Source: Candidatus Bathyarchaeia archaeon
GTDB taxonomy: Archaea > Thermoproteota > Bathyarchaeia > Bathyarchaeales > Bathycorpusculaceae
DNA: 64,000 nt
Assembly: GCA_049515895.1 (NCBI GenBank)
Contig: JBEKTQ010000008.1
Location: 32,001 to 96,000 of the forward strand
Direction: 5' to 3'
A model generated the notes under the pieces. That model saw nothing but the letters and a program-made list of their open reading frames with translations, searched no databases and had not been told where the DNA came from. How positions within the stretch are numbered: the first letter of the stretch is position 1; the number at the start of each line of letters is the position of its first letter. A program made the translations under genes and the position numbers. Below, piece after piece: positions 50,710 through 61,344 of the stretch.

Positions 50710-50924
50710 GGTTCTATGCCTTATTTAATCCGTTGACTTCAAAAGTTTGTAAGGTCTGAGGCTTTTATTAGACTATTGCTAACAAAAAAGCATGGCAGTC
50801 TAATCTTTCTCAGCACGATAGCCTTCACCTTTGTCATTAAGCGAAAACTAAAATACCATAATTCGACCGATCGAAAAAGAGTAAAGAAACAAAAAAAGAA
50901 CGTAAGAGGGTAAACCTTAACGGT

Positions 50925-51113
50925 TTAGCAGTTGTCGTGACTGCAACTGCAGTTTTGACTTGACGAGTTACCGCCGATGTATTTTTGGGGGTTTGCTTCG
51001 AAGGATTTTTTGCATCCTGGAGCACAGAAATAGTAGTATTTGCCTTGGTAGATTGTTTTGTATTTTGCAGTTTTCTCATCAACTTCCATATTACATACTA
51101 AATCTTTAGCCAT
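50925..51113 (-). CDS. YHS/TRASH-domain metal-binding protein
   Basis: D.VC.M.V and Y.G..YYFC..GC..F..NP motifs; Cys/His tail; directly downstream of copA. Confidence 0.85.
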   Translation of the reverse strand: MAKDLVCNMEVDEKTAKYKTIYQGKYYYFCAPGCKKSFEANPQKYIGGNSSSQNCSCSHDNC

Positions 51114-51154
51114 AACTTTTTCACCTCCCACCAACATTGCTTAATTTTTTATGA

Positions 51155-53572
51155 TTATATTTTAGGTCTAAATCTCCTAAGGAGTGAAGCGTTGGTAACT
51201 ACTGTTACTGAGCTGCTTGCCATGGCCGCTGCCGCGTACACTGGATTAAATAGCACATGTAAGATGGGGTAGAATGCACCTGCTGCCAAGGGAACGAGGA
51301 TGATGTTGTAGAAGAATGCCCAGAATAGGTTCTGCCGGATTTTCTTCATCGTGGCGCGGCTCAACTGAATAGCTACAACTACATCCCTCAAATCATTCTT
51401 AATCAAGACAATGTCCCCTGTTTCAATAGCTACATCTGTTCCGCTGCCAACAGCAATTCCAATGTTTGCTTGCGCCAAAGCCGGAGCATCGTTTATTCCG
51501 TCTCCAACCATAGCAACAACTTTGCCTTCGGATTGCAGCCGCTTTATCTCGGTGCTTTTTTCACTAGGAAGAACCTCGGAGAACACGCCATTAACACCCA
51601 ATTGTTTTGCTATAGCGTTGGCTGTTCTTTGATTATCACCTGTAATCATGATGACCTCCAGGCCCATTTGCTGAAGGGTTTTTACGGCATCACCAGAGTG
51701 TTCTTTTAAGGTGTCAGCCACGGCTAATAATCCTGCAAGCTGAGTGTCAACTGCAAGGAGCATTGCGGTTTTTCCTTCTTCCTCAAGCTCCTTCATTTTA
51801 ACTTCAAACGAGCCAATGTCAAGGTTGTTTGCTTCCATGAGTCTGCGGTTGCCTAGCAATATTTTAGTGCCTTTATGCCCTACTTCCACGCCATATCCCG
51901 GGAGGGCGTTGAAGATGTCAGGCTCATCAATTTGGAGGCCTTTCGCTTTTGCCTTTTTTACAATAGCTTCACCAAGTGGGTGCTCAGAGTTTTTCTCTGC
52001 GATGCTGGCTAGCTGTAAAAGTTGGTCTTCCTTGAACGCTTCTGTTGGGATAATATCTGTGACTTCAGGCTCGCCTTTTGTGAGTGTTCCTGTTTTATCA
52101 AAAACTACCGTTTGAAGCTTATAAGCCGCTTCCAATGTTTCGCCGTTTTTAATTAAAATTCCGTTTTCTGCTCCTTTCCCAACCCCAACCATAATGGCCG
52201 TGGGGGTAGCAAGTCCAAGAGCGCAGGGACAAGCAACAATTAACACAGCGATGAAAACTGTAAGGGCAAAAATGAAGGTCGCGCCAGTTATGAAATACCA
52301 TGCCAACGCTGAGATCGTGGCAGTTATTATGATAATTGGAACAAAATAACCTGACGCGATATCTGCCAGTCTTTGAATAGGTGCTTTGGAACTTAAAGCA
52401 TCTTCAACCATGCTTATGATCTGGGCAAGAACTGTGTCTTTGCCGACTTTGGTGGCTTTGAATTTCAGCACCCCAGTTTTATTCATGGTGGCACCCACCA
52501 CTTGGTCGCCGCTCTTTTTTTCAATGGGGATACTTTCGCCCGTGATGACTTTCTCATCTACTGCTGAGTAGCCTTCGGTAACGATGCCGTCAACAGGGAT
52601 TTTTTCTCCTGGTCTAACAACCACAATATCGCCTACTTGGACCTCTTCGATAGGGATTTCCTGTTCTAGGCCATTTCTGATTACTCTGGCAGTCTTTGCT
52701 TGGAGCCCCATGATTTTTCTGATGGCTTCTGAGGTTCTGCCTTTTGCTATGGCATCTAAGAGTTTTCCCAGCAAAATGAAGCTCATAATCATTGTAGCTG
52801 TATCGAAGAATACTCCTGCGCCTGGAAAGGTGCTTGGTGCAAAAGTAACTGCGGTGCTGTAGAGCCAAGCGGTGGATGTTCCCATAGCAATTAAGGTATC
52901 CATGTTAGTGGTTTTGTTTCTCAAGCCCTTGTATGCGCCTACGTAGAAGGTCCATCCGACAATGAATTGTACTGGAGTTGCTAGGATAAACATCAAAATG
53001 TTGTTTTGTTCCTTGGGCAAAACGGGGAACCACATCAAGAGGATGATAGGGATAGTCAATGCAACACTTGCTGTCAAAAGGATTTTTAGCCGTTGAATGT
53101 GGCGTTGGCGCTCTTTGCCTTCAGCATCCTGAACGGTTTTTTCGGGTTCAATGACTTGATATCCAACGTCTTGTACGGTTTTGCTGATTCCAGCGAGGCT
53201 TATTTGCTCTGGGTTATATTCAACTGAGACTTTTTCCGTTGCAAAGTTGACCGTTGCATTATAGACACCCTCTTTGCTGTTTAATGCTTTTTCTATGCTT
53301 TGGGCGCAGTTAACGCAGCTCATTCCGCCTACTTGAAGCATGATTTTCTCATGGATAACTCGGTATCCTGCTTCAACGACGGTATTTTCTATGGTTTTCT
53401 GGTCAACGAGGTCTGGGTTGTATTCTATGATTGCTTTCTCGGCGGCAAAGTTAACGGTGGCGTGTTTTACGCCATTTAATTTAGAGAGCGCCTTCTCTAT
53501 GGTAAGTGAGCAGTTTATGCAGCTCATGCCGCCGATGTTAAGAGTGATTTTTTTGTTTTTTTCTCGGCTCAT
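51155..53572 (-). CDS. copA: Cu(I)-translocating P1B-1 ATPase
   Basis: Two HMA domains (GMSCINC, GMSCVNC); [24 protein letters not shown] and MASS motifs; upstream in-frame ATG at 53644 also possible. Confidence 0.95.
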   Translation of the reverse strand: MSREKNKKITLNIGGMSCINCSLTIEKALSKLNGVKHATVNFAAEKAIIEYNPDLVDQKTIENTVVEAGYRVIHEKIMLQVGGMSCVNCAQSIEKALNSKEGVYNATVNFATEKVSVEYNPEQISLAGISKTVQDVGYQVIEPEKTVQDAEGKERQRHIQRLKILLTASVALTIPIILLMWFPVLPKEQNNILMFILATPVQFIVGWTFYVGAYKGLRNKTTNMDTLIAMGTSTAWLYSTAVTFAPSTFPGAGVFFDTATMIMSFILLGKLLDAIAKGRTSEAIRKIMGLQAKTARVIRNGLEQEIPIEEVQVGDIVVVRPGEKIPVDGIVTEGYSAVDEKVITGESIPIEKKSGDQVVGATMNKTGVLKFKATKVGKDTVLAQIISMVEDALSSKAPIQRLADIASGYFVPIIIITATISALAWYFITGATFIFALTVFIAVLIVACPCALGLATPTAIMVGVGKGAENGILIKNGETLEAAYKLQTVVFDKTGTLTKGEPEVTDIIPTEAFKEDQLLQLASIAEKNSEHPLGEAIVKKAKAKGLQIDEPDIFNALPGYGVEVGHKGTKILLGNRRLMEANNLDIGSFEVKMKELEEEGKTAMLLAVDTQLAGLLAVADTLKEHSGDAVKTLQQMGLEVIMITGDNQRTANAIAKQLGVNGVFSEVLPSEKSTEIKRLQSEGKVVAMVGDGINDAPALAQANIGIAVGSGTDVAIETGDIVLIKNDLRDVVVAIQLSRATMKKIRQNLFWAFFYNIILVPLAAGAFYPILHVLFNPVYAAAAMASSSVTVVTNASLLRRFRPKI

Positions 53573-53640
53573 ATATTGTTTGCCTTCACTTGAGTCTTTT
53601 TTGCGTTTAACTTGGTCAAGTCCATTTTTAGATAATGCTG

Positions 53641-54621
53641 TCATTCGAGCTGGTAAATATTTCCAACGCTACTGCAAGCAAAGGCATTTGGGAACGTTTG
53701 AGCTATCGAGATTATTGCTCGCCATCCCGTGCAATGCGAGGGTACGATTAATTCAGGATTAATGTCTTTTAGCTCTTCTATCGTAGGTTCAATTCTCTTC
53801 TCAAATTCTTTTCCAGCTAAATGAAAGCCGCCCAATATCGCGTGAACCTTTGTTAATCCGGTAATCTGTTGAGCATATCGTACAGTGTTAATAATGCCAG
53901 CGTGAGCACACCCAGAAATGATAACTAAGCCCTTGTCCTTGATATTAATGACTAAGGCACGGTCATCCAGAACTAACGGATCGGGTAGCCAAGAATTATC
54001 ACTATAGATTTTATTTTGCATTAAACCCTTTTCAAAAGTCACTTTTCTCGGAATTTCTCCGGTGATGCAAACCAAATCATTGGCAATTAAACACGGTTTT
54101 TTTGTGTTTACAATTTTTGCTGGAGTTAGCTGTTCTGAACTCGGAAAAAGTGGATACTCTCTTATATCTCCGCTAAAACTGGCGGTTCCTCTACGTTTAA
54201 CCATATCTTCGTGAGTTATTATTGGTAGGTCGATTTTGTTAACAGCTTCAACTATTGCTTGTAATCCGCCAAAATGATCATAATGACCATGGGAAAGGAC
54301 AACATAAGAAACTTCGCTTAAGTCAATGCCCATACGCTTAGCATTTATAACGACTCCGTTAGAACTGATGCCGGTGTCAAAAAGAATTGTGCACGTTTCT
54401 TGATTTCGAAAAACTCTAACAAGCATACAAAAACCGTGCTCTGCAAACGGCAACTCTGTATGCGCCTGAGCCCATTCCGATCCATATTGCTCTTTAGTCC
54501 AGTGTCGAAGCGATTGCACTTCTTTTCTAACATTGCTTGAAAGAAAATCTACATTGTTGTCCACTAAGGAAACAATTTCCAGCTTTGATGCTTCTTTCAA
54601 GTCCACGGTTTCTATCGCCAA
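53641..54621 (-). CDS. Metallo-beta-lactamase-fold hydrolase (MJ0301-like family)
   Basis: [29 protein letters not shown] and HCTG motifs. Confidence 0.85.
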   Translation of the reverse strand: MAIETVDLKEASKLEIVSLVDNNVDFLSSNVRKEVQSLRHWTKEQYGSEWAQAHTELPFAEHGFCMLVRVFRNQETCTILFDTGISSNGVVINAKRMGIDLSEVSYVVLSHGHYDHFGGLQAIVEAVNKIDLPIITHEDMVKRRGTASFSGDIREYPLFPSSEQLTPAKIVNTKKPCLIANDLVCITGEIPRKVTFEKGLMQNKIYSDNSWLPDPLVLDDRALVINIKDKGLVIISGCAHAGIINTVRYAQQITGLTKVHAILGGFHLAGKEFEKRIEPTIEELKDINPELIVPSHCTGWRAIISIAQTFPNAFACSSVGNIYQLE

Positions 54622-54633
54622 ATACTAACCCAA

Positions 54634-55221
54634 CTATAGAGTTCCTCGGTAATGTTCTGTGCTTGGGCAGCCAACACATTTTTGAATCTCGTATCGGTTG
54701 CATGGGTCGCAATCAACATTGCACGGTGAAACCTTGTTTTCTTTATGTGCAAGCTGTTCCCTTATCTGAAGGAACGGTGAAAAGTAAGTTTCGCTTACAG
54801 GGTAGAATTCTGAACGGCGTATGCCTCTGCTGCATCTGAGAGAGCATTTTTCCATGGAAATGCTTTCAAGCGTTTCTTCAGTTTCTGCCACCACGAGCGC
54901 AATAAGGTTGTAGCCGCCCACTGTTTTGAAAATCTGAACTATTCTGGGGCACTGCTCAAACCGTTTTAGGAGTTCCTGCATTGCTTCTGCGCTTTCCATT
55001 TCGAGCATTACTATTGCCGGGTGAAGCTTGAGTACGCTTGGGTTGATTAGAGCTGACACTTTGATTGTGCCTTTTTTTAGTAGTCGCTCTAGTCTTTTCT
55101 TGGTTCCCATACTTGTGAAGTTTATGGATTTTGCTAGTTCTTTCAGGGTCATACGTCCGTCCACTTGAAGTTGTGAGATTATTTTCTTATCGATTTCATC
55201 CATTTTGCTCATTTCGGCCAT
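54634..55221 (-). CDS. Lrp/AsnC-family regulator with Cys-rich C-terminal domain
   Basis: DEIDKKII..LQ.DGR HTH; RAM-like domain (GGYNL); C-terminal PCNVDCDPC..CVGCP. Confidence 0.85.
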   Translation of the reverse strand: MAEMSKMDEIDKKIISQLQVDGRMTLKELAKSINFTSMGTKKRLERLLKKGTIKVSALINPSVLKLHPAIVMLEMESAEAMQELLKRFEQCPRIVQIFKTVGGYNLIALVVAETEETLESISMEKCSLRCSRGIRRSEFYPVSETYFSPFLQIREQLAHKENKVSPCNVDCDPCNRYEIQKCVGCPSTEHYRGTL

Positions 55222-55234
55222 TTGACAATCACTT

Positions 55235-55280
55235 GTTTATTTTATAAACAAAAAGTATTAATAAGGTTTACGTATTAAAC
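55235..55280. promoter_or_regulatory. Composite operator/promoter, copy 1
   Basis: GTTTATTTTATAAAC (55235-55249), TATTAATA (55256-55263), GTTTACGTATTAAAC (55266-55280). Confidence 0.8.
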
Positions 55281-55401
55281 TGACTCACATTCCAGCATGG
55301 TGAAATGAAAAGTATAATCAATCAAGCTAACACTTCAGAGCAATGCGAAGCTGAATGCGATTCCTGCCTAAGGAATCAGGACCCTGAAAGGAGGTGAGTG
55401 A

Positions 55402-55779
55402 TTGACAGATAGAGTAGTAGTTCCAGTCGAAGATCAAAAAGGCTTGGATGCTTGTTTAGCACAGCATTTTGGAAGAGCTCCTTACTATGCAATCGTTGAC
55501 TTAGACGAAAACGGAAATGTTTCAAACGTTAAAACCGTTCCAAATACGGGTGAACACTTTGGCGGCACCGCAGATGCTCATAGCCAGCTCTTGGAACTGA
55601 AGCCAAACGCAATAGTAGCTTACGGAATGGGACCCCGAGGATTAAATAGTTTTCAAAGCGCTGGAATTTCAGTGCTTCAAACAACCGCAAACACAGTTGC
55701 TGAAGTGGTTAACGCCTACAAAGAAGATAAGCTCCCAGACCTTACAAAAGGCTGCGAACATGCACATCACCACCACTAA
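55402..55779 (+). CDS. NifB/NifX-family (FeMo-cofactor-binding-like) protein
   Basis: HFGRAP and GMGP motifs; C-terminal CEHAHHHH; GGAGGTGA RBS. Confidence 0.85.
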   Translation: MTDRVVVPVEDQKGLDACLAQHFGRAPYYAIVDLDENGNVSNVKTVPNTGEHFGGTADAHSQLLELKPNAIVAYGMGPRGLNSFQSAGISVLQTTANTVAEVVNAYKEDKLPDLTKGCEHAHHHH

Positions 55780-55862
55780 ATTAGAGAATCGCTTCTAAAC
55801 CAATTTACTAAAATCTTTCTTTTATTTTACAAATACTCAAAAGGGAACCATGAGGTCCATAA

Positions 55863-57119
55863 ATGGTCGAAAAAAGGGTAACCCTTAAAAAAGGCGAGGA
55901 TGCAGCAAGACTTTCCACTATTGTTGTTCTAGTGCTCAGTATTCTGAGAGGCATTGTTTCCGTCGCAAGTGGCAGCGTTGCGCTTTTGGCAGGCACAATC
56001 GACTCATTCTCGGATGTTTTTTCTTCTGCAGCCGTTTGGGCAGGTCTTAATATTGCCAAGAAGAAACCGACCGAGAGGTTTCCTTATGGATACTTTAAGG
56101 CAGAAACTTTTGCTTTGCTAATAGTAGCCTTGATACTTATGGCTTCCAGCGTTTTGATTATCTGGGAGTCTTTTCAGAAGTTGTTTGAGGTATATGTTAT
56201 CTCATTTTCCAACGTCGCGCTAGGAATTGCAGCCTTCTCAGCGGTCGTTTATTATCTGCTTGGCAAATTCAAGGGCAGAGTGGGACGCCAGATTGGTTCC
56301 CAGGCTCTGATAAGTGAGGGTATGCATTCTATGGTTGATGTCTACGCTTCTTTATTGGTTTTTGTCGGCGTTTTTCTTGGAGTACTCGGTTTTCACTTCG
56401 GTGAGGCCCTTATTGGCTTCATTATTGGTGTCTATGTTCTAATCAGGGGCTTACTTTTCGGAAAAGACGCAGCGTTGGTCTTGATGGATGTTTCGCCAAA
56501 CCCGCAAATGGTTAACAAAATGAAAGCGATAGCTGAAAGTGTTCCCGGAGTTAGAGGGAGCCACGATATTAGAATGAGAAAATCTGGACCCGTGTTTTTC
56601 GGGGAAATGCATATCGAACTACAAGAGGGTCTTTCTTTAGAAAGAGCCCATGTGATATCAGAGGATGTAGAGACAAGAATCAAGGAAAATTTCAAAGACA
56701 TTGAATTAGTAACCGTTCACGTAGGGCTTGCGCATAAGAAAAAAATTCTAATTGCGACTCCTATAATGGAAGACAAAGGATTGGACTCGCTAACTAGTAC
56801 CCATTTTGGCAGTGCTCCTTACTTTGGCTTCACACAGGTTGAAGAAAGTCAAGTATTAAGCTTCTATGTTAAGGAGAATAAAGGAGCAAAGTTACAGCAC
56901 AAAAAGGGGATACAGGCCGCAGATTTATTGGTTGAAGAGAAAGTAGACGTTTTACTCACGGTAGACGTTGGCGAAGGTCCCTTCCACGTTCTGGGAAATA
57001 ACTTGATACAGATTTATCAAATTCAAAGACCCCTTAAAATCCGTGAAGCAGTAAATCTTTTTAGTGAACGTTCGTTGGAAAAACTAGTAGCACCGACCGA
57101 GGAGGATACGACTGAATAA
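55863..57119 (+). CDS. Cation diffusion facilitator fused to a C-terminal NifX-like domain
   Basis: DSFSD, FPYGY.K.E, HSMVD and R.RKSG motifs; then HFGSAPYF domain. Confidence 0.88.
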   Translation: MVEKRVTLKKGEDAARLSTIVVLVLSILRGIVSVASGSVALLAGTIDSFSDVFSSAAVWAGLNIAKKKPTERFPYGYFKAETFALLIVALILMASSVLIIWESFQKLFEVYVISFSNVALGIAAFSAVVYYLLGKFKGRVGRQIGSQALISEGMHSMVDVYASLLVFVGVFLGVLGFHFGEALIGFIIGVYVLIRGLLFGKDAALVLMDVSPNPQMVNKMKAIAESVPGVRGSHDIRMRKSGPVFFGEMHIELQEGLSLERAHVISEDVETRIKENFKDIELVTVHVGLAHKKKILIATPIMEDKGLDSLTSTHFGSAPYFGFTQVEESQVLSFYVKENKGAKLQHKKGIQAADLLVEEKVDVLLTVDVGEGPFHVLGNNLIQIYQIQRPLKIREAVNLFSERSLEKLVAPTEEDTTE

Positions 57120-57265
57120 ATGTTAATCTTTTGTCTTATCCTGACGAAGTTCAATTATGGAGCTTTTAGTTTCAGGATCATTTATTTCGCCACTTAACAT
57201 TCAACAAAAAATGATTTTAGTCAGGGTTTAAAAAAAGAATTTGGTAACATCTTTTATATTAATTG

Positions 57266-57311
57266 GTTTATTTTATAAACGCAAGATATTAATATCGTTT
57301 AGCAATTAAAC
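57266..57311. promoter_or_regulatory. Composite operator/promoter, copy 2 (cdhA)
   Basis: GTTTATTTTATAAAC (57266-57280), TATTAATA (57287-57294), GTTTAGCAATTAAAC (57297-57311). Confidence 0.8.
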
Positions 57312-57333
57312 TACCTTCCAATGAGGGTTTAAC

Positions 57334-59682
57334 TTGACAAGCAAAAATGTACATTTAAAAATTGGCGAACTTAACACTAACATTGGTCAAGTAAAGAATT
57401 TAGAATTATCCGTTGGAAGAATTATTAACGATTCATGGGAAGAGCAGATGGGACCAACTCCAATGCCTGGTCTAACAACCTTGCGGAGTTGGGACATGAA
57501 ACTTCTTAACAAATACAGACCATTCTACATGCCTGATTGCGACGTCTGCTGTTTATGCACTTATGGTAAGTGTGATTTGACGGCAGGGAAACGTGGAGCC
57601 TGTGGACTGGATATGGCCGCGCAGTCATCCCGCATAGTTCTTTTAGCTTGCAGTATAGGCGCGGCAACCCACACTGGTCACGCTCGACATGTAGTTGATC
57701 ACTTAATCGAGAAATATGGTCGACGGTATCCATTAGATGTAGGTGGATTAAACGTTAAAGTAGAAGCTCCAGTTATCAGGCTTGTTACCGGAATAAAACC
57801 TGAAACTCTCGGTGACTTAGACGAAGTTTTGGAATATTGCGAGAAGCAAATTACTCATTTACTATCTGTTGCACACACTGGTCAAGAAGCAAATAACTTG
57901 GATTTTGAATCTAAGGCATTACATGCAGGGAGAATCGACCAAGTAGGCATGGAAGTTGCAGATGTTGCTCAAATCTCAACACTAAATTTTCCAAAAGCTG
58001 ATCCCGAAGCACCGCTCATTAAAATGGGAATCGGATCAGTTGACATAACCAAACCTGTTATCATGTGCATCGGTCACAATGTTGTTCCCTCGGTTGGAAT
58101 TATCGATTACATGAAAGAAAGCAAGCTGGATGATAAGATGGAAGTCGTGGGGCTATGTTGCACCGCCTTCGACAACACCCGATATTACGATAGGGCAAAA
58201 ATCGTTGGTCCAATCTCTTGGCAATTAAGATTCATACGCGGCGGATTTGCAGACGTAGTTGTACTCGATGAGCAATGCGTCCGCACCGACTGCTATGACG
58301 AAGCTCAAAAAGTCCGTGCTCCGGTAATCGCTGCCTCGGAAAAGAACTGCGTCGGCTTCCAGGATCGCACAAACGATCCAGCCGATGAAATCGTCGCCGA
58401 CCTCGTAAGCGGAAAAGTTGCTGGTGTATTGATTCTTAATCCAGAAAAAGTCGGTGAAGTAGCAGTTAAAGTTGCAAAGCAAATTGCCCCTATTCGCAAG
58501 AAGATGAAAAATCTTCCAAGTTTGGATGAAATTAAACAAATAGCCAAAACATGCAGACAATGCAACCTTTGCCAAAGAAGTTGTCCACAAGACCTCAAAA
58601 TTCCTCCAGCTCTAAAGGCAGCAGCCGAAGGAAACATCGGGCCACTAACAGAATTATATGAAGAATGCATCGGATGCGGACGCTGTGAAGAAGCATGCCC
58701 ACAAAAAATCATGATCCACAGCCTCATCGTTAAAGCAGGCGAAAAATTCATGCTATCAGAATCTAACTTATGCCGTGCAGGCAGAGGAGCAGTGCAAGAC
58801 ATAGAAATACGCACTGTCGGTAGCCCAATCGTTTTAGGTGAAATCCCGGGCATACTTGCAGTTGTTGGCTGCGCCAATTACCCTCATGGCGGCAGAGACG
58901 TATACGAAATATGCAGAGAATTTGCCAATCGACGCTTGATCGTTGTAACATCAGGATGCTCAGCCATGTCTGCAGGCAGTTACCGAAATAACGAAGGTAA
59001 AACACTTTACGAGGAATTTCCAGGCGGCTTCGAGGCTGGAGGAGTTCTTAACGTTGGTTCATGTGTTGCAAATAGCCATATTGCAGGCGCAGCCATAAAA
59101 GTCGCTAGCATCTTTGCAAAGAGAAACCTGAGAGGTAACTACGAGGAAATCGCTGATTATATTCACAACCGCGTCGGTGCAGTGGGCTTAGCATGGGGTG
59201 CATACTCACAGAAAGCTGCATCAATCGCATCAGGTTTCTGGAGTCTAGGCGTTCCAGTTCTTGTTGGGCCTCATGGGAGTAAATACCGTCGTATGCTTTT
59301 GGGCAGAGAAGACAAACCCGAAGGCTGGGAAGTCTATGATGCACGCACAGGCGACAAAGTTAACGTTGGTCCAGCACCTGAACACTTGTTCCAAACGGTT
59401 GAAACACCACAAGAAGCAATGGTGTATATCGCAAAACTATGCATCAGACCAAATGATACATGGAAGGGACGCAGCATAAAGCTAAGCCACTATATTGACC
59501 TGCACAAACGTTACTATGGATGCATGCCCAAAGACTTGCACTTGTTCGTTAGAACAATGGCTGACGTACCAATGACCATGAAAGATGAATTCGCTAAGAT
59601 CCTTGAAGCTCATGACTGGAAAGAAACAGTAATTCCGGACCCAACTTTGCTTCCAAGAATGGTCCGTAAAATGAAGGAGTGA
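57334..59682 (+). CDS. cdhA: CO dehydrogenase (ACDS) alpha subunit
   Basis: CD.CCLCTYGKC..GACG, H..H..H, GHN, GLCCT, two 4Fe-4S motifs, GCAN, SGC and GSCV motifs. Confidence 0.96.
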   Translation: MTSKNVHLKIGELNTNIGQVKNLELSVGRIINDSWEEQMGPTPMPGLTTLRSWDMKLLNKYRPFYMPDCDVCCLCTYGKCDLTAGKRGACGLDMAAQSSRIVLLACSIGAATHTGHARHVVDHLIEKYGRRYPLDVGGLNVKVEAPVIRLVTGIKPETLGDLDEVLEYCEKQITHLLSVAHTGQEANNLDFESKALHAGRIDQVGMEVADVAQISTLNFPKADPEAPLIKMGIGSVDITKPVIMCIGHNVVPSVGIIDYMKESKLDDKMEVVGLCCTAFDNTRYYDRAKIVGPISWQLRFIRGGFADVVVLDEQCVRTDCYDEAQKVRAPVIAASEKNCVGFQDRTNDPADEIVADLVSGKVAGVLILNPEKVGEVAVKVAKQIAPIRKKMKNLPSLDEIKQIAKTCRQCNLCQRSCPQDLKIPPALKAAAEGNIGPLTELYEECIGCGRCEEACPQKIMIHSLIVKAGEKFMLSESNLCRAGRGAVQDIEIRTVGSPIVLGEIPGILAVVGCANYPHGGRDVYEICREFANRRLIVVTSGCSAMSAGSYRNNEGKTLYEEFPGGFEAGGVLNVGSCVANSHIAGAAIKVASIFAKRNLRGNYEEIADYIHNRVGAVGLAWGAYSQKAASIASGFWSLGVPVLVGPHGSKYRRMLLGREDKPEGWEVYDARTGDKVNVGPAPEHLFQTVETPQEAMVYIAKLCIRPNDTWKGRSIKLSHYIDLHKRYYGCMPKDLHLFVRTMADVPMTMKDEFAKILEAHDWKETVIPDPTLLPRMVRKMKE

Positions 59683-59688
59683 TAAGAT

Positions 59689-60258
59689 ATGTCATGTGAA
59701 CCTTGGCAATGTGCAGAAATAGCCGCAACTAAAAAAGCAAACCCAATTCAAAAACCTGAGATAGCAGTAGCAATGATCAAAAAAGCCCAACGTCCCCTTC
59801 TCATTGTGGGAAGCAACGCAACTGAAAGGTACATGGAAGGCAAACAATTAATCGAATACCTAATCGACTTCGCTAACGCCTCCAAAGTACCGATTGTAGC
59901 CACAGCTCACATGGTTGGCGAATTCCTAAAGCGCGGCTACCAACCAGCAGATTTCATGCCCGCAACGGATATCGGCAATAGGCTTGTAGACCCAGACTGG
60001 CAAGGGATCGATGGAAATGGACACCCTGACTTGGTGTTATTCGTCGGACTGCCATATTATATGGAAGCTTTAATCTTATCCGGTCTAAAGCACTTTGCAC
60101 CAAACCTCAAAACCATGACCATAGACAACTTATATCATCCGCATGCAAGCTGGTCTTTCCCAAATGCAACTCTCGAGGAATGGGCCTCAAATCTCAAAGT
60201 CATAACCTCAAAGTTCGAAGAAGCGTCCGAAAACATTTTGAAAAGCTCGCTAAGGTAA
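59689..60258 (+). CDS. cdhB: CO dehydrogenase (ACDS) epsilon subunit
   Basis: A.RPLLIVG, DPDW.G.DG.G..D, LKHFA and HPHASWSF.N motifs. Confidence 0.92.
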   Translation: MSCEPWQCAEIAATKKANPIQKPEIAVAMIKKAQRPLLIVGSNATERYMEGKQLIEYLIDFANASKVPIVATAHMVGEFLKRGYQPADFMPATDIGNRLVDPDWQGIDGNGHPDLVLFVGLPYYMEALILSGLKHFAPNLKTMTIDNLYHPHASWSFPNATLEEWASNLKVITSKFEEASENILKSSLR

Positions 60259-60499
60259 AAGTGGAGTGTGTGAATTAGCGCAATCGCTACTCGACGATAT
60301 GAACTTAGCTCGACTGGTGCTGATTGCCACAAAACCTTGGAAAAGAAATTTTTAATTCCCCCTTTATCTTTAAAACAAAATTTTATCGGATAAAAAGCAT
60401 GTGCAAATCCTTTTGCGATCTGCAATTTGTGGCCAGACAACAGCAATTGCTATTTAAATTAAACATAAAGAAACTTTAAGGAAGGCGCTATTGCAAAGT

Positions 60500-60545
60500 G
60501 TTTACTTTATAAACAAAACCTATTAATAGCGTTTACGCACCAAAC
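60500..60545. promoter_or_regulatory. Composite operator/promoter, copy 3 (OsmC gene)
   Basis: GTTTACTTTATAAAC (60500-60514), TATTAATA (60521-60528), GTTTACGCACCAAAC (60531-60545). Confidence 0.8.
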
Positions 60546-60599
60546 ATTATAGTCAACTAAACACGAAAAGAACAGAAATAAATTGAATTGGTGAGTAAA

Positions 60600-61016
60600 A
60601 TGCCAAAAATTAAAGCAAAAGCAACATGGGTTGAAAATGTGCGTTCAAAGGTTGATAATCAAAGAAACCATAGCGTAGAATGTGATCTCTCGACTGCTGC
60701 AGGCGGAACTGATTGTGGTCCAACCGCGGTTGAACTTAGTTTAATGGCGCTAGCCGATTGCGGAGTTACAATTTTCGCGGATGTTTGCAAAAAAAGCAAC
60801 ATAAAATTGACCAAGGTTGAAGTAATTGCCGAAGCCGATAAATCTCCGGATTCGCCGATTATTAGCGGCGTTACCATGAAGGTCAACGCTTCCTCAAACG
60901 CTAGAAAAGAACTGCTGGAGGCAGCATGGCGAAGAACCGAAGCAAACTGTCCGGTTTTGTACATTTTCAAAGACCCAATTCCCGTAAAAGTTGAATTCGA
61001 AGGAAAATCAGAATAA
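60600..61016 (+). CDS. OsmC/Ohr family protein
   Basis: D....GG.D.GP..EL...ALA.C and CPV motifs. Confidence 0.85.
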   Translation: MPKIKAKATWVENVRSKVDNQRNHSVECDLSTAAGGTDCGPTAVELSLMALADCGVTIFADVCKKSNIKLTKVEVIAEADKSPDSPIISGVTMKVNASSNARKELLEAAWRRTEANCPVLYIFKDPIPVKVEFEGKSE

Positions 61017-61059
61017 ACATCTGATTTTGCTTATTCAAGAAAAAATGGGAGGTGATTCA

Positions 61060-61344
61060 GTGTTATTTGAGGCAACACATAAACACAAAGCGTCTCAGTG
61101 CCCACTGCTGACATCTGAAGGCAAAGGCATGCTCAAAAAACTGTTTTCCGAAGAGAACGCCAAGAACGCAGGGGTCAAAATAGTCGCGGGCTACATGAGC
61201 TGCCCGAAAGACACAGCGGATGATCACAAAGGTTTCTTCACGTTAGAGGCGGACACCCCTAATGCAGTTTCAAAATTTTTCGGTCAGATGGCTGTTGAAG
61301 TGAGGCCAGTTCAACCCTTGAGCGAAGTTGCAAAAAATCTATAA
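61060..61344 (+). CDS. Hypothetical protein (ferredoxin-like alpha+beta fold suspected)
   Basis: GTG after GGAGGTGA; H.H....CP and H.GF..LEAD patterns. Confidence 0.7.
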   Translation: MLFEATHKHKASQCPLLTSEGKGMLKKLFSEENAKNAGVKIVAGYMSCPKDTADDHKGFFTLEADTPNAVSKFFGQMAVEVRPVQPLSEVAKNL

